From: Chrysomallon squamiferum
Lineage: Eukaryota; Animalia; Mollusca
Direction of reading: 5' to 3'
DNA length: 64,000 bases
NCBI GenBank assembly: GCA_012295275.1
Contig: CM022671.1
Span: 33,666,001 to 33,730,000, forward strand
The translations under genes were made by a program, and so were the position numbers. Each line of letters opens with the position of its first letter. Position 1 is the stretch's first letter. The notes beneath the pieces were generated by a model. It saw only the letters and a program-made list of their open reading frames with translations. It had not been told where the DNA came from and did no database searches. Positions 41,235-56,439 of the stretch are shown piece after piece.

Positions 41235-41956
41235 GTATTTTTTCCCATGGAAAACGACTGGTTGAAAAAAGGCAGCTAAGTGTTTTCTCCACTCGGGGAA
41301 TATACGTAAAAATCTCTAACTGTTAATCCAGCAAAGTAGATAATCGCTTTAATTTTCTCATGATCAATAAGATTAATATAAATGTTTCGAAAGTTTGATT
41401 AACAAAATAATTTTCAAAAATCCCTCACAACTAGCAAATAAAACATTTGCTGCCCCTTTTCTTACATATAAATTCTCTATCTGCCTATGTCAACATAACT
41501 AGTTGATAAGATATATAAAATCTGATCATGAAATGATTAAACGATTTCCTTTTCTTCTTTTCATTAAAAGAAAAGAAAGAAAGAAAAAAACAACAACACA
41601 ATAACAGATTACTATAAAGTACTGGAGCACATACTGTAAGTTATTTCAGATTTAGATAACGTTAATACAAAAGTCTACAGTGGTTTTAGAAAAGTACAGA
41701 CTCGTTGATAATCTTAAAGTTAATAAAAAGAACGGCGAGATACTCTTACTTTCTGCAGATTTGGATTGTTGTAAATGCTAACACAAATACCTCACTGATT
41801 TGAAAAATCACAATAGAAGATACCCTTGCCATTGAGAATCGTTACAGGTACAAAAATAACTAAAATAGTAAAGCTGTGTTTGCAGAGAACGTCAAATAAC
41901 TTTCACACAATGGCAGACGAACACAGTGCGCGTGACGTGTGACAATGGAAGCAAGA

Positions 41957-42010
<54 letters not shown>

Positions 42011-43040
42011 TCACCACAGACATTTACAGTTACCGTCTAACACGCCTGTTTGTCCTTCGTCAGTTTTGTATGAACTTATTGTCTGACTCTGTCGTTTTTA
42101 ACCGTTTGAAGTATTTTCAGTAGTGGGACTATGTTGATGAAGATGTTGATGTTGAAAAACTTCATAAGTTTAATAATAATGATGATGGTGATGATGATGA
42201 AGATGATGATAATAATAGCAGTACACGCAATGGCTACAAAACAAACAATCTAAAAGTCAGATAAATATAAAAATACCCCCCCCAAAAAAAATAAAAAATA
42301 AAGGAAAAATAAAAAAAGTAAAGTAAACTTACAAAGGGAAGCAGCCAGTAACAAGTAAAAGAAAAGAAACAGTAAACATATTAACATGATTTACTTTCTA
42401 AAATTCCTTTGGCAAAACTGCATTATCTTTCGATATCTACATAGATATATTTGTATAAAGAAAGGAAAAGGCAGCTTCAACGATTGTCATCCTTAATTAT
42501 CAGCAAAGTTTAGTCGCCATATATTTAAGCAGATGGCTTGTATCATAAAAGAAATGAAAAAAAGAAAACAAGAAAAAAAAATGAAAATGGCGATAATAAA
42601 TAGCAGAGGAGATGATAATGATTTTCAAAATATTAACTACTAACTACTGTGTTAATGAAATGTCAACTCACTTTCAATTTAATCTGATTGTGTTGGCAGT
42701 TTCATTAACAAGCTAATTTCCCGAAAGATTTGGAATATAATTATTTATAATGATGATGTTTTATTTTTTTTTTTAAATGAATTCTTATGCAATTTGAAAA
42801 GAGCGATGATAGGAGAAATTTAGAAAAAAGACAGTTCTTTTTTGTGAAAACGGGCAAAAGAATGAAAAATGTAGCTCTGAAATTTTTCTATTTTCTTTGT
42901 CATTATGTGAAAAATGAAAGAATGTTAATGTGATAAATATAAATGAGAAAACAGATTACTCATAATGAATTTAGATGTCTACTTTGGTACTGTTAAACAT
43001 TCACTATTATAATAGTTTCCGACCAATTTTATAGTTTTAT

Positions 43041-43141
<101 letters not shown>

Positions 43142-44867
43142 GATAAACAAAGAGATGGTGAGAGAGATAAAGAAATACCGAGACACAAAACGTGTGTATG
43201 TATGTGAGAGTGTGTGTGTGAATGTGTGTGTGTGTGAAAATTTAAAATGAATGGAAAGGAAAGAAAAAATAGAGTAACAAACTTACTTTTCAGAAAATAC
43301 TGAATTATTCGTCACGAAAAAATGTGTAAATTTCGCTGGAAGAAAATCCTAAAAAAAAAGTTTTAGAATTGTGTTAAAAATTCCCAGCACACCACAGTCA
43401 GTTTATATCTGTGCGTCCATGAATCATAAAGCCAATTGTTTTCATGACTTGCAGTTTAGAATTAATTTCTTTCGACGCGTCAACTTTTGCGGTTTTTCTT
43501 AATAAAAAATAAAACAAACTATTCTCCCGGTTTGTTTGTTTGTTTGTTCTTTTTGCACTAATCGCATTTAGCTTTCCATCGAGTGGGAACAAACATAATC
43601 CATTTGAAAGTTGTTTGATGAAATAACATCGCAGCAGCATTCAATTAACATTCGACTTGCGAACTCACCGTTAACAGTTTAAAAACAAAAACAATCAAAT
43701 AATTACCCGAATTGCGCTTAAAAACTAGCAAACACATTTCCCTACCTTTCGAGAAATACAGTCAGACTTTAACCAAAATCGTAATAATAAGAAGAATAAA
43801 ACCATAAAATCATTAAAAAAAGCTTCTTATCCAAATTCACATTCATCATAACAGAAATAATTTCTAACCTTTAAAAACAACAAAACACCTTTAATACACA
43901 AATATAAAACCTTTAAATTACGCGGTCACTGAAAACTAACACCCCCACATCTGATATTGATACGGTAAAACGCACATATGATGACGTGTTTGTACGCACT
44001 AAGAGAGCTATAATTATCAAAGTTTTGTGTCAAAATTTTGAGATTTGTTTAAAACTGAATTAAAGTGTATATCTTGTCAAAGTTTAAATTTTGTTTGTCA
44101 AAGATGAATAATTTGTTGGTCAAAGTTGGTCAAACTTGCATGTTTATTTTATTTTAATTTTTTTGTCAAAGTGGTAAATTTGGTTTGTTAAAGCTGAAAT
44201 ATTATGTTTGTCAACAGCTAAGAAAAGTTAAAGGTTACGGTACTAATCTGAAATTGTTCAAAGTGGTAAAAATTAGTTAAAATTAAGTCAGTTTTAGCCG
44301 AGTTAGCAACAAAACATTAAACGCGAAATGAACGAATGACGAACAAACGAAAAGCTGAATGAACGAATAAATGAATAACGGTATGAATGAATGAAAAAAT
44401 AAAAGAAAGAAAAAAGAAAGCAAGAATAATTAAATAAATAAATAAATAAATGTTTATTCAATTAATTAAAAACCTGTCGACTTATTTTTGTTCTGTTATT
44501 ACATGATGCCATTTTATAACGATCCTACACGAAAGAAAAGGATTAGAAATTTCCCCATTAAATGTTAAATAATTATTACGTTCAATTCCTGTTTCAACGA
44601 AAAATAGTTTCTAATTTGAAATCTAATTGTTATTGCATTGTACTGAATCACGTGATTTCCTACCGGCGTTCAAGGTGCACCGTCAGATCAATAAAACGAC
44701 ATTCCTGATTGGCCGTGAATATGTAATTGTCAATATTGTTTAAATACTGTTATCTTAAAGCAGTAATTCACATTCGTTTGTTTAACCTTAATCTGCCATG
44801 TAAAAAGTAGTCCTGGAGCTATTCAGTTATCAAAAATGATTATTATTTTCTAAATACTAAAACTCAG

Positions 44868-44941
<74 letters not shown>

Positions 44942-45515
44942 TCAGATCCATGACACAAACTGTTAAATTCAAAACATTTCCCATCAGTTTAACGCAGTAT
45001 TGCTGTGGTTATCAGTTTAATCAAGCAAATTTAAATGTGACTTCAAAACGAAAGAGTGTCACAAATTTAAACATGAAGATCAAATCGTGTTGTCGTTAGC
45101 TGATAACGTAACAGTAAACGTGACCCGGAATGGGCGAAACTAAAACAGTGCGGGGTACAGAGACATTTTGACCTCAGGTTTGTCATAACACACAGAACTT
45201 CAGTAGAATGTTTAGACCAAGGGTGGACAAGCTGGAACTGCAAGTGAACGATATGAAAAGTGCATTTCACCTAGGCGTGATGAAATTTAGAAATAAATAG
45301 TAAATGACAGAACTGTACTAACGTCACGCGTTCAGCTTTAGGTCTGGTAGCTTCTAGGATCGAAGCTTAAGACTGGTCTCAACTTAAACTGTGTCTGTGT
45401 ATCTTTCCTCTGTTCTAAGTAACACACTAACACTAACCATTTATTGTGCATACACGATAAATACATGGATTGTGTGACCAACATTCCCGTGCTTGTTTTG
45501 TTCTGTTGTTTGCCC

Positions 45516-45592
<77 letters not shown>

Positions 45593-47788
45593 AGATGCAG
45601 AAATATTTCTTATGGTCGACTGATACACTAATTAAAAGATTCTTAATGCGTTGGTGATATTGTTATATCAGTAAAACATGAAACGTAAAACTTCTCTTTT
45701 AAACTGTCTGTAAAAGGATTTGCTACGTCGTCGTTGTTACGAGCCTGAAGTAGCTAATTTAAAATTTAAAATTCTTCATGCTGCTGGACGTAAACTGACA
45801 TGTTCAGCAACTGATGACTTGGTTGTTTTCCTTTGGTTTGGGATTTTTTTTTTTTTTATTCTCATGCATACAACTGGAGCGAAACAAAACACTCTCGACT
45901 TGAGTCAGTCTTAGATAACTCCAGAACAGAGCGGTCAGTCAGTGGCAGAACGCAAAATCAGTTGCCATAGAAACTCACACTAGCTTATTTCATGTTCTAC
46001 CAGAGCTCCGAGATAAGGATATTACTCTGTGCTTTCGTAACTAAGGAAAGACACACATGAAAGGTTTCTTGTCACTAATCGAAAAAAAAAAAAAAAAAAA
46101 AAAAAATTCACTGGTGCTATTTTCCGCTCTCTTTATCCCTTATCTTAACGTTTATTAACAGCAGGTATGACGCTGTGATTAATCCCGTAGATTTAATTAA
46201 AGAAGTATTAGATAAGACATATTTTTCTTCGTCCACGGTTAAGATACAACAACAACAACAGTAGTGGGAGCGGCAGCAGCAACAACAATAACAACAACAT
46301 AATAATAATATAATAAAATAAAATTTAAAAAAGTTTATAATAATAATAATAATAATAATAACAATAACAGCAATAACAATATAATAATTATATTAACAAC
46401 AACTGTAACAGTAAATAAATAAATAAATAAAACTTAGAGTAAAATGTGATGAGAACACAGTGACCTCGCCTAACTGTCCAGGTTTCAGTTTTTCGGTTGC
46501 TAGGCAGACAGAAGTAACCCGCGAGTTTTTAATAATTAACTCTGTCCACATCTGTGTTTTATCTCTGTGTGCGTTCATCTCACAACAGTAAACAGCGGCA
46601 AAAACTACTTGTTTTTATTGATTTGTTTGTCTGTCTTTTTGTTAGTTTGTCTGTTTTATTCTGTGTGTTATTCCTATATTTCTTTTTTAATTAATGTTTT
46701 TTTTTTTTTTTTTTTTATCTTCAGATTTCTCAATATCTGTTTTGTCTGTCTGTCTTTTTCTTTCTTTGTTTAATTCTATTAATGTATCATCTGTTTGTCT
46801 GTCTGTCTGTCTGTCTATTATATCTATCTGTATTTCTTTTTGCTTACTTGGTATTTCTCAGTATATGTATCTGTATGCTTAACAATCAGTCTCTCTCTTT
46901 GTGGTTTGCACCAACGTTTTTCATTCTTAATATCCTTCTCCATCCATTTGTCAACCATCAAATGAAAACAGACTTAAAAATAAAAAATATCTTGCCAGCT
47001 ATCAGTATAATTATTTGTTAAACTAATATTTCTTCTTTCTTTTCTTCTCCTTTCCTTCTTTCATCGTTCATTTCTCCCGTTCTATTTCCTCTCAGCTTCA
47101 TTTTCTTTCTTTCTTTCTTTCTTCATTCTTTCGTATGTTACAATATCATTCTCTTCAATATACTATTTTAAAACTCAAAATATTATTAAAAATCCAGTCG
47201 CTGTGTTTATCTGAAGAAAGCGAAGTATCCTGAAGAGTGACATTAAACTGTAATTTATTATTCTCCTGACAACCTTACCGTCTAAATTATTTATTTATCA
47301 TCGTAAATATTTCATCTGCTCCTGGAACAGCGGCGAATGCATGCAGACTTCGCTTTTAGATAACCAGTCAATAATCTTACACAACATTAATATCGTTTTG
47401 TTTTTTCTTCTTTCTTTTTCTTTCTTTATTTCTTTCTTTATTTTTATTGTATTAATTAATTAATTAATTAATTAATAATACTCTTTAATAACGTAAAAAA
47501 AAACAAGGTTGGGGCAGGATAAATACAGTAATATAAATGATAATAAATAATTGTAAATTAAAGGGAAAAAAGAAGGTGATGTACATTTATGGATTATCGT
47601 GGATATATATATATATATATATATACATGAATAGATTAGTGAGCAAATAAATAAACATTTATAAATAAAAGAATAGCAAAGAAGTAAAGGAATTAATCTG
47701 TGAAATATATAAATAATAAATAAACAATAAAGAATTTAGAAATTCATAAAGAAACAAACAGTGCCCCGAAACCCCAAACAAAACAATG

Positions 47789-47844
<56 letters not shown>

Positions 47845-48188
47845 CACTCACTAACTAATTAACTGACTCACTAACTAATAACAAAGTAAATAAATGAATA
47901 ATTCAAGCAGCAGCTCCAAAAACAAAACAAACAACAACTATGATAATACACACTTTTTTTTAAAATCCGACTTAACCCATATGTACATTTTAAACAATGT
48001 TTACCTCATAAAATGTCGCTAACTTGCCTACGGAAACATTTCTGTGACATTTAAGTCTAAATATATTTTATTAGGTAATTATAACAGCAGATAAATATAG
48101 GTCATTTTAAACAACGGCTAAAACATCGTTATTTTCTAACAGTTATTAGCATGATATGTACACATACACATGCATAAATACATACATT

Positions 48189-48231
<43 letters not shown>

Positions 48232-48589
48232 CCTAGAAACATACACCAAAAATCTCAAACACTGACATACCTAAGTACACAAGCACCGCATCACACACAC
48301 CCGCAAGCACGCACACACGCGCATGCTCAAACACCGATATATACGTCACCTAGTGAAAACTCACTTAAGGACTGCTCACTTTTTTATATCAACTGATCCT
48401 ACTCTCGCTCAACTAAAACGTTTCTGCATTTCTCATTAACCGGAAACAGGGAATAAGGAAAACAATGATTTTTTTTTTTTTTTTTTTTTTTATTACTTTG
48501 TTTGTCGTCATATTTGTCTGACCTTATTAAATTATTGTAGTTATTAATGTTTCTCTTTTCTGGAATTTTATTACTATTATTTTTCTTAT

Positions 48590-48592
48590 TGC

Positions 48593-48652
<60 letters not shown>

Positions 48653-48658
48653 CACTGC

Positions 48659-48703
<45 letters not shown>

Positions 48704-48709
48704 CATTGC

Positions 48710-48746
<37 letters not shown>

Positions 48747-48765
48747 TGTTTTATTATTATTATCA
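48590..48765. repeat. (TTA)n microsatellite
   Basis: Directly visible. Confidence 0.95.
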
Positions 48766-48914
48766 TTACATTTTTTGTGTATCTGTGTTTGTGTTCAGAG
48801 AGAGACTTATATGTATGTTTATCAGTGTCTATCTGTCTATTTAACAACAACAACAACAAGAACAATCATAATAATAACAACAACAACAACAACAAAATAA
48901 TAAAAATAAATAAA

Positions 48915-48960
<46 letters not shown>

Positions 48961-49051
48961 TAAAATCAATCAATCAAACTTGTATATAACTATTACATAT
49001 GTATGTAATAAAGTATAGTGGGGAAAAAATAAAATAAAAAATGCGTCTTAC

Positions 49052-49400
49052 CTTACATCAGGTAAATAAGTAAACAGACGGGAAACTTGTTAGTGAGTTA
49101 TCCATGTATCGATACTCCCAACAGGTAACTCTCTCTCGCTTTGTGGCGGGACAGATAACACGCGCGCGCTACTATACCTCTCTCTCTCTTTGCTACGTCA
49201 TAAACCCGCATTCCGCGAATTGGTCTAGTTCAGCCAATCTCGCGAGAGCGCGAGAAGGGGCGGAGAAACGTTTTCCGAGATGGAAAACAGGCCACGTGCA
49301 CAGGTGCGGCCAAACGATCTGACATTCGCGTGTTCTTCCTCAGTCAGTCAGTCAGTGGTTTCAGGGAAGTCCTCAGCGCAGTCTTAGGGCAGGGATAACA
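49052..49400. promoter_or_regulatory. CpG-rich promoter-like element with a probable non-coding first exon (minus-strand donor at 49051)
   Basis: AGCCAAT 49232-49238 overlapping the palindrome TCTCGCGAGA 49238-49247, GC box GGGGCGG 49257-49263, second CCAAT (ATTGG 49219-49223), CACGTG 49293-49298; minus-strand AAG|gtaaga donor. Confidence 0.65.
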
Positions 49401-50998
49401 CGTTTATTTTACTTTAAAACACAAGGGGTGTTGAAATATGTAATCACTGTGCCATTCGATAACGATATTAAAGAAGCAATTTGAGATAACAAGATATAGA
49501 AAAAGAATGAGGTCCCTCCCCCACTACAGCCAGTAGTGGATCCGTCCTTTCTCTGCAAACATGCAATCTGTTTGTTACGGAACAAAGGCAATCATAAAAA
49601 AAATGAAATAGAAGCGAGATAGAGATAGAGAACTTACACTTTTTGACCCGAAAAATGTTTCAGTTAGCTAACATGATATACACACATACACAAAAAAAAA
49701 AAAAAAAAAAAAAAAAATGACGCTCGGATTTGTAACGGTATATTTGAAAATATTCCAGAATTTATCACGGTTGGATAAACAAAGTGTGAATCATGCGTTA
49801 GAGTTATATATTTAATTTTCTTGGCTATGATCGCTGTTTATAGGAGTAAGCGGTTGTACAGGTTTCTCAAAGAGAAGAGGTAAAAACAAGAAAATCCGCT
49901 CAAAAGTCTTCTCAGTGTTGTAAGCGATATTCCCTGTTCATTAATAATAAATATGTTTGCTGCCTGAAGTAGCAGGCTGAACTGTAACGTGAAAGTCGAG
50001 TTTTTAAAGAAATGTATTCGTGATGAAAAATTTCTGACTACTTGATTTTAGCAGGCAGGAGAGTAGAAAAACGAAACAACAACAACAGCAACAATAATAA
50101 TGATGATAACGATAATAATAATAATAATAAATAAATAATAATAAATAAATAAATAAATAAATAAATAAATTAACAAATAAATCTGAAATATAAAATATTT
50201 TTAAAGTTATTTTTGACCTGTATTTGTGATAACATGGTAAAAATATCAAGAAGAGCAACAACAAAAACTTAAATACATTTTTGAAATCCACAGAAAAAAA
50301 ATCTAAAAAAAAAAATGTTTATCTGTAGCGATGTGTACAAACATCGGAAATAAAAATCTGATATAATTTGCTACAGATCGTTTTTCTGTGTATGGCTGTC
50401 AGTGGAATGTTTACTTCCAGCTATGATAATAATAAAAAAAATTCGACACAATACATATGACGTCATTTCGTACAGTGAATTGTAAATAACGTCACAAGTG
50501 ACTGAGCGAATTCTAAAGTTTACAATTACGTAGGCACACTGTGTTCAATACTCGCATGAATCTGAGTAATGAATATGCTTTATAATGAAATTATTATGAA
50601 AACGATTATATACCTAATTTCCCGTCTTCATACATAGTGTTACAATATTTATCTTATAAACAACATATTCAGAATATTGATGTGTTTATAGAAGTGTTAG
50701 AATGACCTGTGTGCCATTGTAAGATATTCCACAGGAAAGCGAGCATAGAACTGTAAGCAAGGCGTTAATGATGAAGGTAATTTTGGGGGAAAGGTGAACG
50801 AGTATTAGATGTAGGATGGGCTTAAAGTGATGCTGAAGCAAGGAAGAAAGGAAAGGAAATTATCGAAGTTAATGAAGAAGAAGAAAGAGTCATTTCTAAT
50901 GGAGAAACGAAGACTCGTGACTACCAGATTATAATTATGTTAATTTTCAGCATTTTTAATGCACTCCCACACAAATATGTATGCGTATGTGTTTGTGG

Positions 50999-51046
<48 letters not shown>

Positions 51047-52368
51047 CTGTGTGTGAGTGTGAGTGTATGTGCATGATAACAGCATAAGAAAAGAAAAACA
51101 GAATTGTGCGTTCTCTGACTTACAGCCAGATTTCGTTCAATATATCCCCAGGCCGAAAATCTCTGCTCTTTTCTGGAATTTTATTTCTTCGTTGTAAAAC
51201 AACAGGAAAACATTTCATTCTCGAGTGCCAAGGTGTTTGGTATTCATCGTTTCCGCTGGGTGGCTTCAGTTGCCTAATAATGGTGTTCACTAACGTGATG
51301 TATGAAGCAGTAACGTGTTTTGACCATGCACACGCAGCATTGCACGTGTTAAAACTTAACACTGTACATGTAAACACTTTTCAACGTAATTCTCAATAAC
51401 AATCGGAGAGATTGAGGAAGAGTTGCATTGCATTATGGTCGTGGTCGTTGACGTTGTTGTTGTTGTTATTCTTCTTGTCACTGACTCAGTTTTGTTTTTG
51501 TCCGTTTTTCTGTGCGTCCATCCATCCATTTCTGCATCTGTCTAATACTTTTTCTTTCTTTCACAAATCTCTGCCTCTTCCTTTGACTTTACGTTCTTTT
51601 GCTTTCAGGCTATCCAAGTAACATTTCTGTTTGACCATCCATCCTTCCGTCCGTGTTTGCATGTGTCAGTCTGTCTGTCTGTCATGATTCCCTCTCAGTG
51701 TGTATTCTTATATCTATAAATGTCTTATCTTTCTTTCGTCTTTCTCTCTATCATCTTGTCTACGTAGTTTATACATCCATCAAACAATCTTTCCATCAGT
51801 AACCATCTGTCCCGCGTTTTTCTGTACCTTTGCCTTTCTCGCGTTATCGAATATGTGATGGATACAAGGCAGCAGATTCAACAGATTTAATTCCAGTGCT
51901 ACAAAAACTCTCTTTGAATGATTGCTTATTATAACACAGTTAGTTCTATCCGCCAGGATAAAATACATTCTCCAGAGCGAAATCGTTCAGTGACAAACAA
52001 CAGCAGGGACCTCAGTGAAATGTTTATGGCAGTTTGAACTGTTGCTCATAGGCGGTTTGGTGTAAACAAGAAAAACTCGAATACTGATCTTTTGTAGAGG
52101 GTTTTCCTATTGTTTTGACGTGCACAATTCTATCGTAATGTTGTCGTAAATGTTAAAAAAAAAAATGTAAACGATTGTTGAACAGTTCGGTGAAAGTTTA
52201 TCATGTCTCAGAGTGGAGTATTTGCAGTGAAGTGTTGTATTCAAGAACTGACAGATACTTCAACGTACAAACATTCGTTCAAAAGCACTCATCATAGACA
52301 CACACAGACCACTTTTTTTATATCTAACACCTACATGACGTCGCAATTCAACAGAGATATAAAGGCAG

Positions 52369-52458
<90 letters not shown>

Positions 52459-54422
52459 CGTGGAGAAGAGACTCAAAGAGGCGAGTTAGATATAAAGAAA
52501 CAGAAAGAAAGCACTGGCATGTCTGAGTGTATGTATATTAAAGGGAGAAAACATCAATTTCTACAAAATAAATAAAGAAAATCTAAAATAAATTTTCGAA
52601 TAATTGGGGATAAACATCTCCAAATATTCCTTAAAGATTTCAGATTTACGAAATAATCGACCAGACTTGAATAACATAAACAGAATTGTTTTAACTAGTC
52701 TGAACTTGTTAACGTATACAAAGTGTGCGAGATAAATGTAACATTATATTTGTGTGTGCGGCAACTCGCAACTCACGTGTACTAAACCATGCTTTGTTTC
52801 TTGTTAAAAATCTGTCCATCTGACCCCTACAACACTGACGTGACCTCACGTCTCAACGACTACGGCTTGGTGAATGTGTGACTGAGCAAACACAGACGTC
52901 GTATCAGCAGAATAGCAAATTTTGATTCGTGATCAACCTGACAGGACAGGACGTGATCAACCTGACAATTGAAATAAATCCAAAAAACATTTTTGTTCTC
53001 CCCATCAAAATAACGTAAATACTTTTGAAAGTATTGATGAATAATGACAGTGCAGACTTCAGACTATATTACAAAGTGATTACTTGTAAACTATATATTA
53101 ATAAATATTATTTCAAAATATTTCTCTCTCCTTTCCTTCTTTCGCTTTTGCTTTCTTTTCGTTCAATTCTTTCTTTTCTTTTTTTTTCTCGCTCCATCCT
53201 TCCTTTCCCCTTGTAGAATTTTAATTCCTCCATCTTATTTAGGTTGGATTATTTTATTTTCTGCTTTTGTGTATATATCTGTATGTCTTTACTTTATATG
53301 TATATGAGTTGTCTCTCTTCGTTATCCTCTCTCTCACTCTTCATCTTTGGCAGTTAGGCAAAGTGTTGATAGATGCTGGCAAATATATCAAAGAATAAAA
53401 AATGTTCTTCATTAAGAATTATTTCCACTTAATAAATAAGTGTATCAGGTATTGGATGCCGGAACGGGGAACCTTTTAACACATTAACTGCTACAGTTTT
53501 GTGGTTGTTGATTTCCATTCAAGCAATTGGTTCGCCGCTGTTTTTCCTCTACTACACCAGCAACAACATCGTTATTGATACTGTCACAGCTTCTAGAGTA
53601 ACAAACACCAGCAACACCACCACCACCATCACTATCAATACTACTACTATTACTGCTTCTGCTACTTCTACTAATACTATTACTACTACTGCTGCTATTA
53701 CTATTACTATTACTATTACTACCAACACTAATACTATATTACTATTTTACTGCTACTACTACTACTTCTGCTGCTGCTTTGTTTACAGCTGTCACTTCAA
53801 CTATTAATAGTATTGAACAACGACAAAGATATAAACAACAACAACATAATAATACTGTTGTTTTTGATGTTTAATAATAATAATAAGAAGAAAAAGAAGA
53901 AGAAGAACAATAATAATAAAAGACAGGAGAAGAAAAAGAGGAAATACAGCAAGAGCAACAAAAATAACGATGAGAACGTCATCATTATCATCATCATCAA
54001 CAACAACAACAACAACTACAGCACCGACTTTTCTGTTTACCAGTGTTAATGGGTGGCTACTGCAACCAACTGTCATTATCATGATAAAACAACAGCACAC
54101 TGCTTAATTAAAAAAAGAAAGAAAAAAAAAGACCTGTACATCATTCATGCCCATTTTTTGACTTTTATATCTCCAAAAGAATCGATAAAACAGAAACCTG
54201 GAACCAAAAACAGTGGAGTAATCACGACAGAAAATTAATTAAATGTTCAAAGAACTGCCGTCTGCGTTAAATATTTGATGATCTAACAATAACAATGGTG
54301 ATGAATTTGGAACAGCAGACTCGGTTTGGTACAGAGTCGATTTTGATAAGATTGGACACACACACATACACACAGAGACAGACAGACAGACAAAGAGAGG
54401 GAGGGAGGGAGGGAGAGAGGGA

Positions 54423-54511
<89 letters not shown>

Positions 54512-55261
54512 AGAAGAAGAAGAAGGAGGGGAAAAAGAGATAGACAAAAAAAGAGTAAAATAAAATAAAATAATGATGAAACAAAAGGTTAAACTAAAGT
54601 CAATACGAAAAGCAATTCCTGATTCATTTTGTAAATATGTTTAAGTGTGACTTTCAGTGGGCGTTTTTAGCTATTTCTGTGTGTGTTCATCTGATTTTTG
54701 TTATCTCTGTATGTGTTTGAGGAGGTGGACATTGCGATATAAAAAGATGGGAAAATATTTTGTGAGTGGGGTATGTAATAAAATATAAATCAATGCTGTT
54801 TATAATTATTATTATAGAGACGTTAATCGGTCCATTTTAAATATGCTTTTAATGCGTATATGTCATAAAAAATTTAATTTATTTGTTCAAAGTATAACTA
54901 TTAGGTAAATAAATCAAATATTAACACGAAGTGAGTCCACACAAACACTTGGATTTATACATTAACATAAAAGAACATAAAAAAAAAAATAAATAAATAA
55001 AAAAAAAAAAAAAAAAAAAAAAACAAGCCTGTAGAAAAAACATATATTTTATCTGAGAAAATCAGAGAAAGATAAATGGAGACAAAAAGAAATACACACA
55101 GACAGATATAGAGTCAGAATCAGAGATATACAGAAATATGAACAGAAAGAAAGAGAAAAAAAAAGAGAAAAAAGAAACCGACAGGGAAGGAAGGAATGAA
55201 AATAAGAAAGACAAAAAAATAATTTTTATTTTCATCTTATAAAATGTCTGCAAAGTTCGTT

Positions 55262-55490
55262 ATATAAAAAAATAAGAATAAAAAATAACAACATCAACAA
55301 AAAAAAAAAAAAAAAAAAAAAAATAAAAAAAAAATAAAATAAAATAAAATAAAATAAAATAAAATAAAAAAAAAATAAATAAATAAAAAAAATAAAATAA
55401 ATAAAAAATAAAAAAAAAAAAAAAATAAAAAAAATAAATAAATAAATAAATAAATAAATAAAAAATAAATAAATAAATAAATAAATAAAA

Positions 55491-55521
<31 letters not shown>

Positions 55522-55753
55522 AAAAAAAAAAAAAAAAAAAAAATAAAAAAAAAATAAACAAAAAATAATATAAAATAAGTAAAATAAAACAAAATAAATA
55601 AAAATAAACAAAATTAAATAAATTACATCGACAAAAAAAAAAAAAAAAAAAAAAAAATAAAATAAATAAAATAAAATAAAATAAAAAAATAAAAAAAAAA
55701 AAAAAATAAAATAAAAATAAAAAAAAAATAATAAAAAATAAAATAAAATAAAA

Positions 55754-55784
<31 letters not shown>

Positions 55785-55863
55785 ATGAAATAAAATAAAA
55801 TAAAATAAAATAAAATAAAATAAAATAAAATAAAATAAAATAAAATAAAATAAAATAAATAAA
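55262..55863. repeat. A-rich low-complexity tract of poly(A), (AAAT)n and (AAAAT)n
   Basis: About 600 bp almost entirely A/T; source of the poly-F/Y/I ORFs. Confidence 0.95.
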
Positions 55864-56350
55864 CTTTTGAAATCTTTTTAACTCGTTCGGGTTCATGGTA
55901 TTTTTATCAAGGCGTTACATTATCACGAAAAGCCAACGTGATGCTTCTGAATGTCAAAACATTATCTCGCCTGAACATCCTAAATTTCCTTTTATTGTGA
56001 ACAGTGACAAATACCTGTACGTAAACGTTGCATAATCCAGATACAAAAATCTTGTTTCCAAGTTAATAAATGACATACAGATAAGAAGGCAATACGTGCT
56101 GTGTAACAGTGGCGTTTGTGTCTAATCTGGCTTTCTCTGTTTTCTACAAAAAATAAAAAATAATGACTTTGTGTCTAGAAGTTTGTCTGGAACTGCAAGG
56201 TTCCAGCTGTAAGCAAACGAGACTTGTGAAGTATTAATTAGTACAAAAAGAGCAATTGTGTATATTTCGCTTTGTATATAATGAAGAATTGTTATTAATT
56301 AAATAAGAAATATATTATTATCTGCCTCTTAGGATTATTTTTACAGTTAT

Positions 56351-56439
<89 letters not shown>

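Noticed and set aside
40910-41292. His/Tyr/Thr-rich ORFs (YTTLYHTISH)n resembling a metal-binding or biomineral protein
   Set aside because: Translation of a 10-bp minisatellite that gives the same peptide in several frames; no signal peptide or splice context.
52928-52967. 16-bp direct repeat cgtgatcaacctgaca with an 8-bp spacer
   Set aside because: Most simply a small slippage duplication; no other supporting signal.
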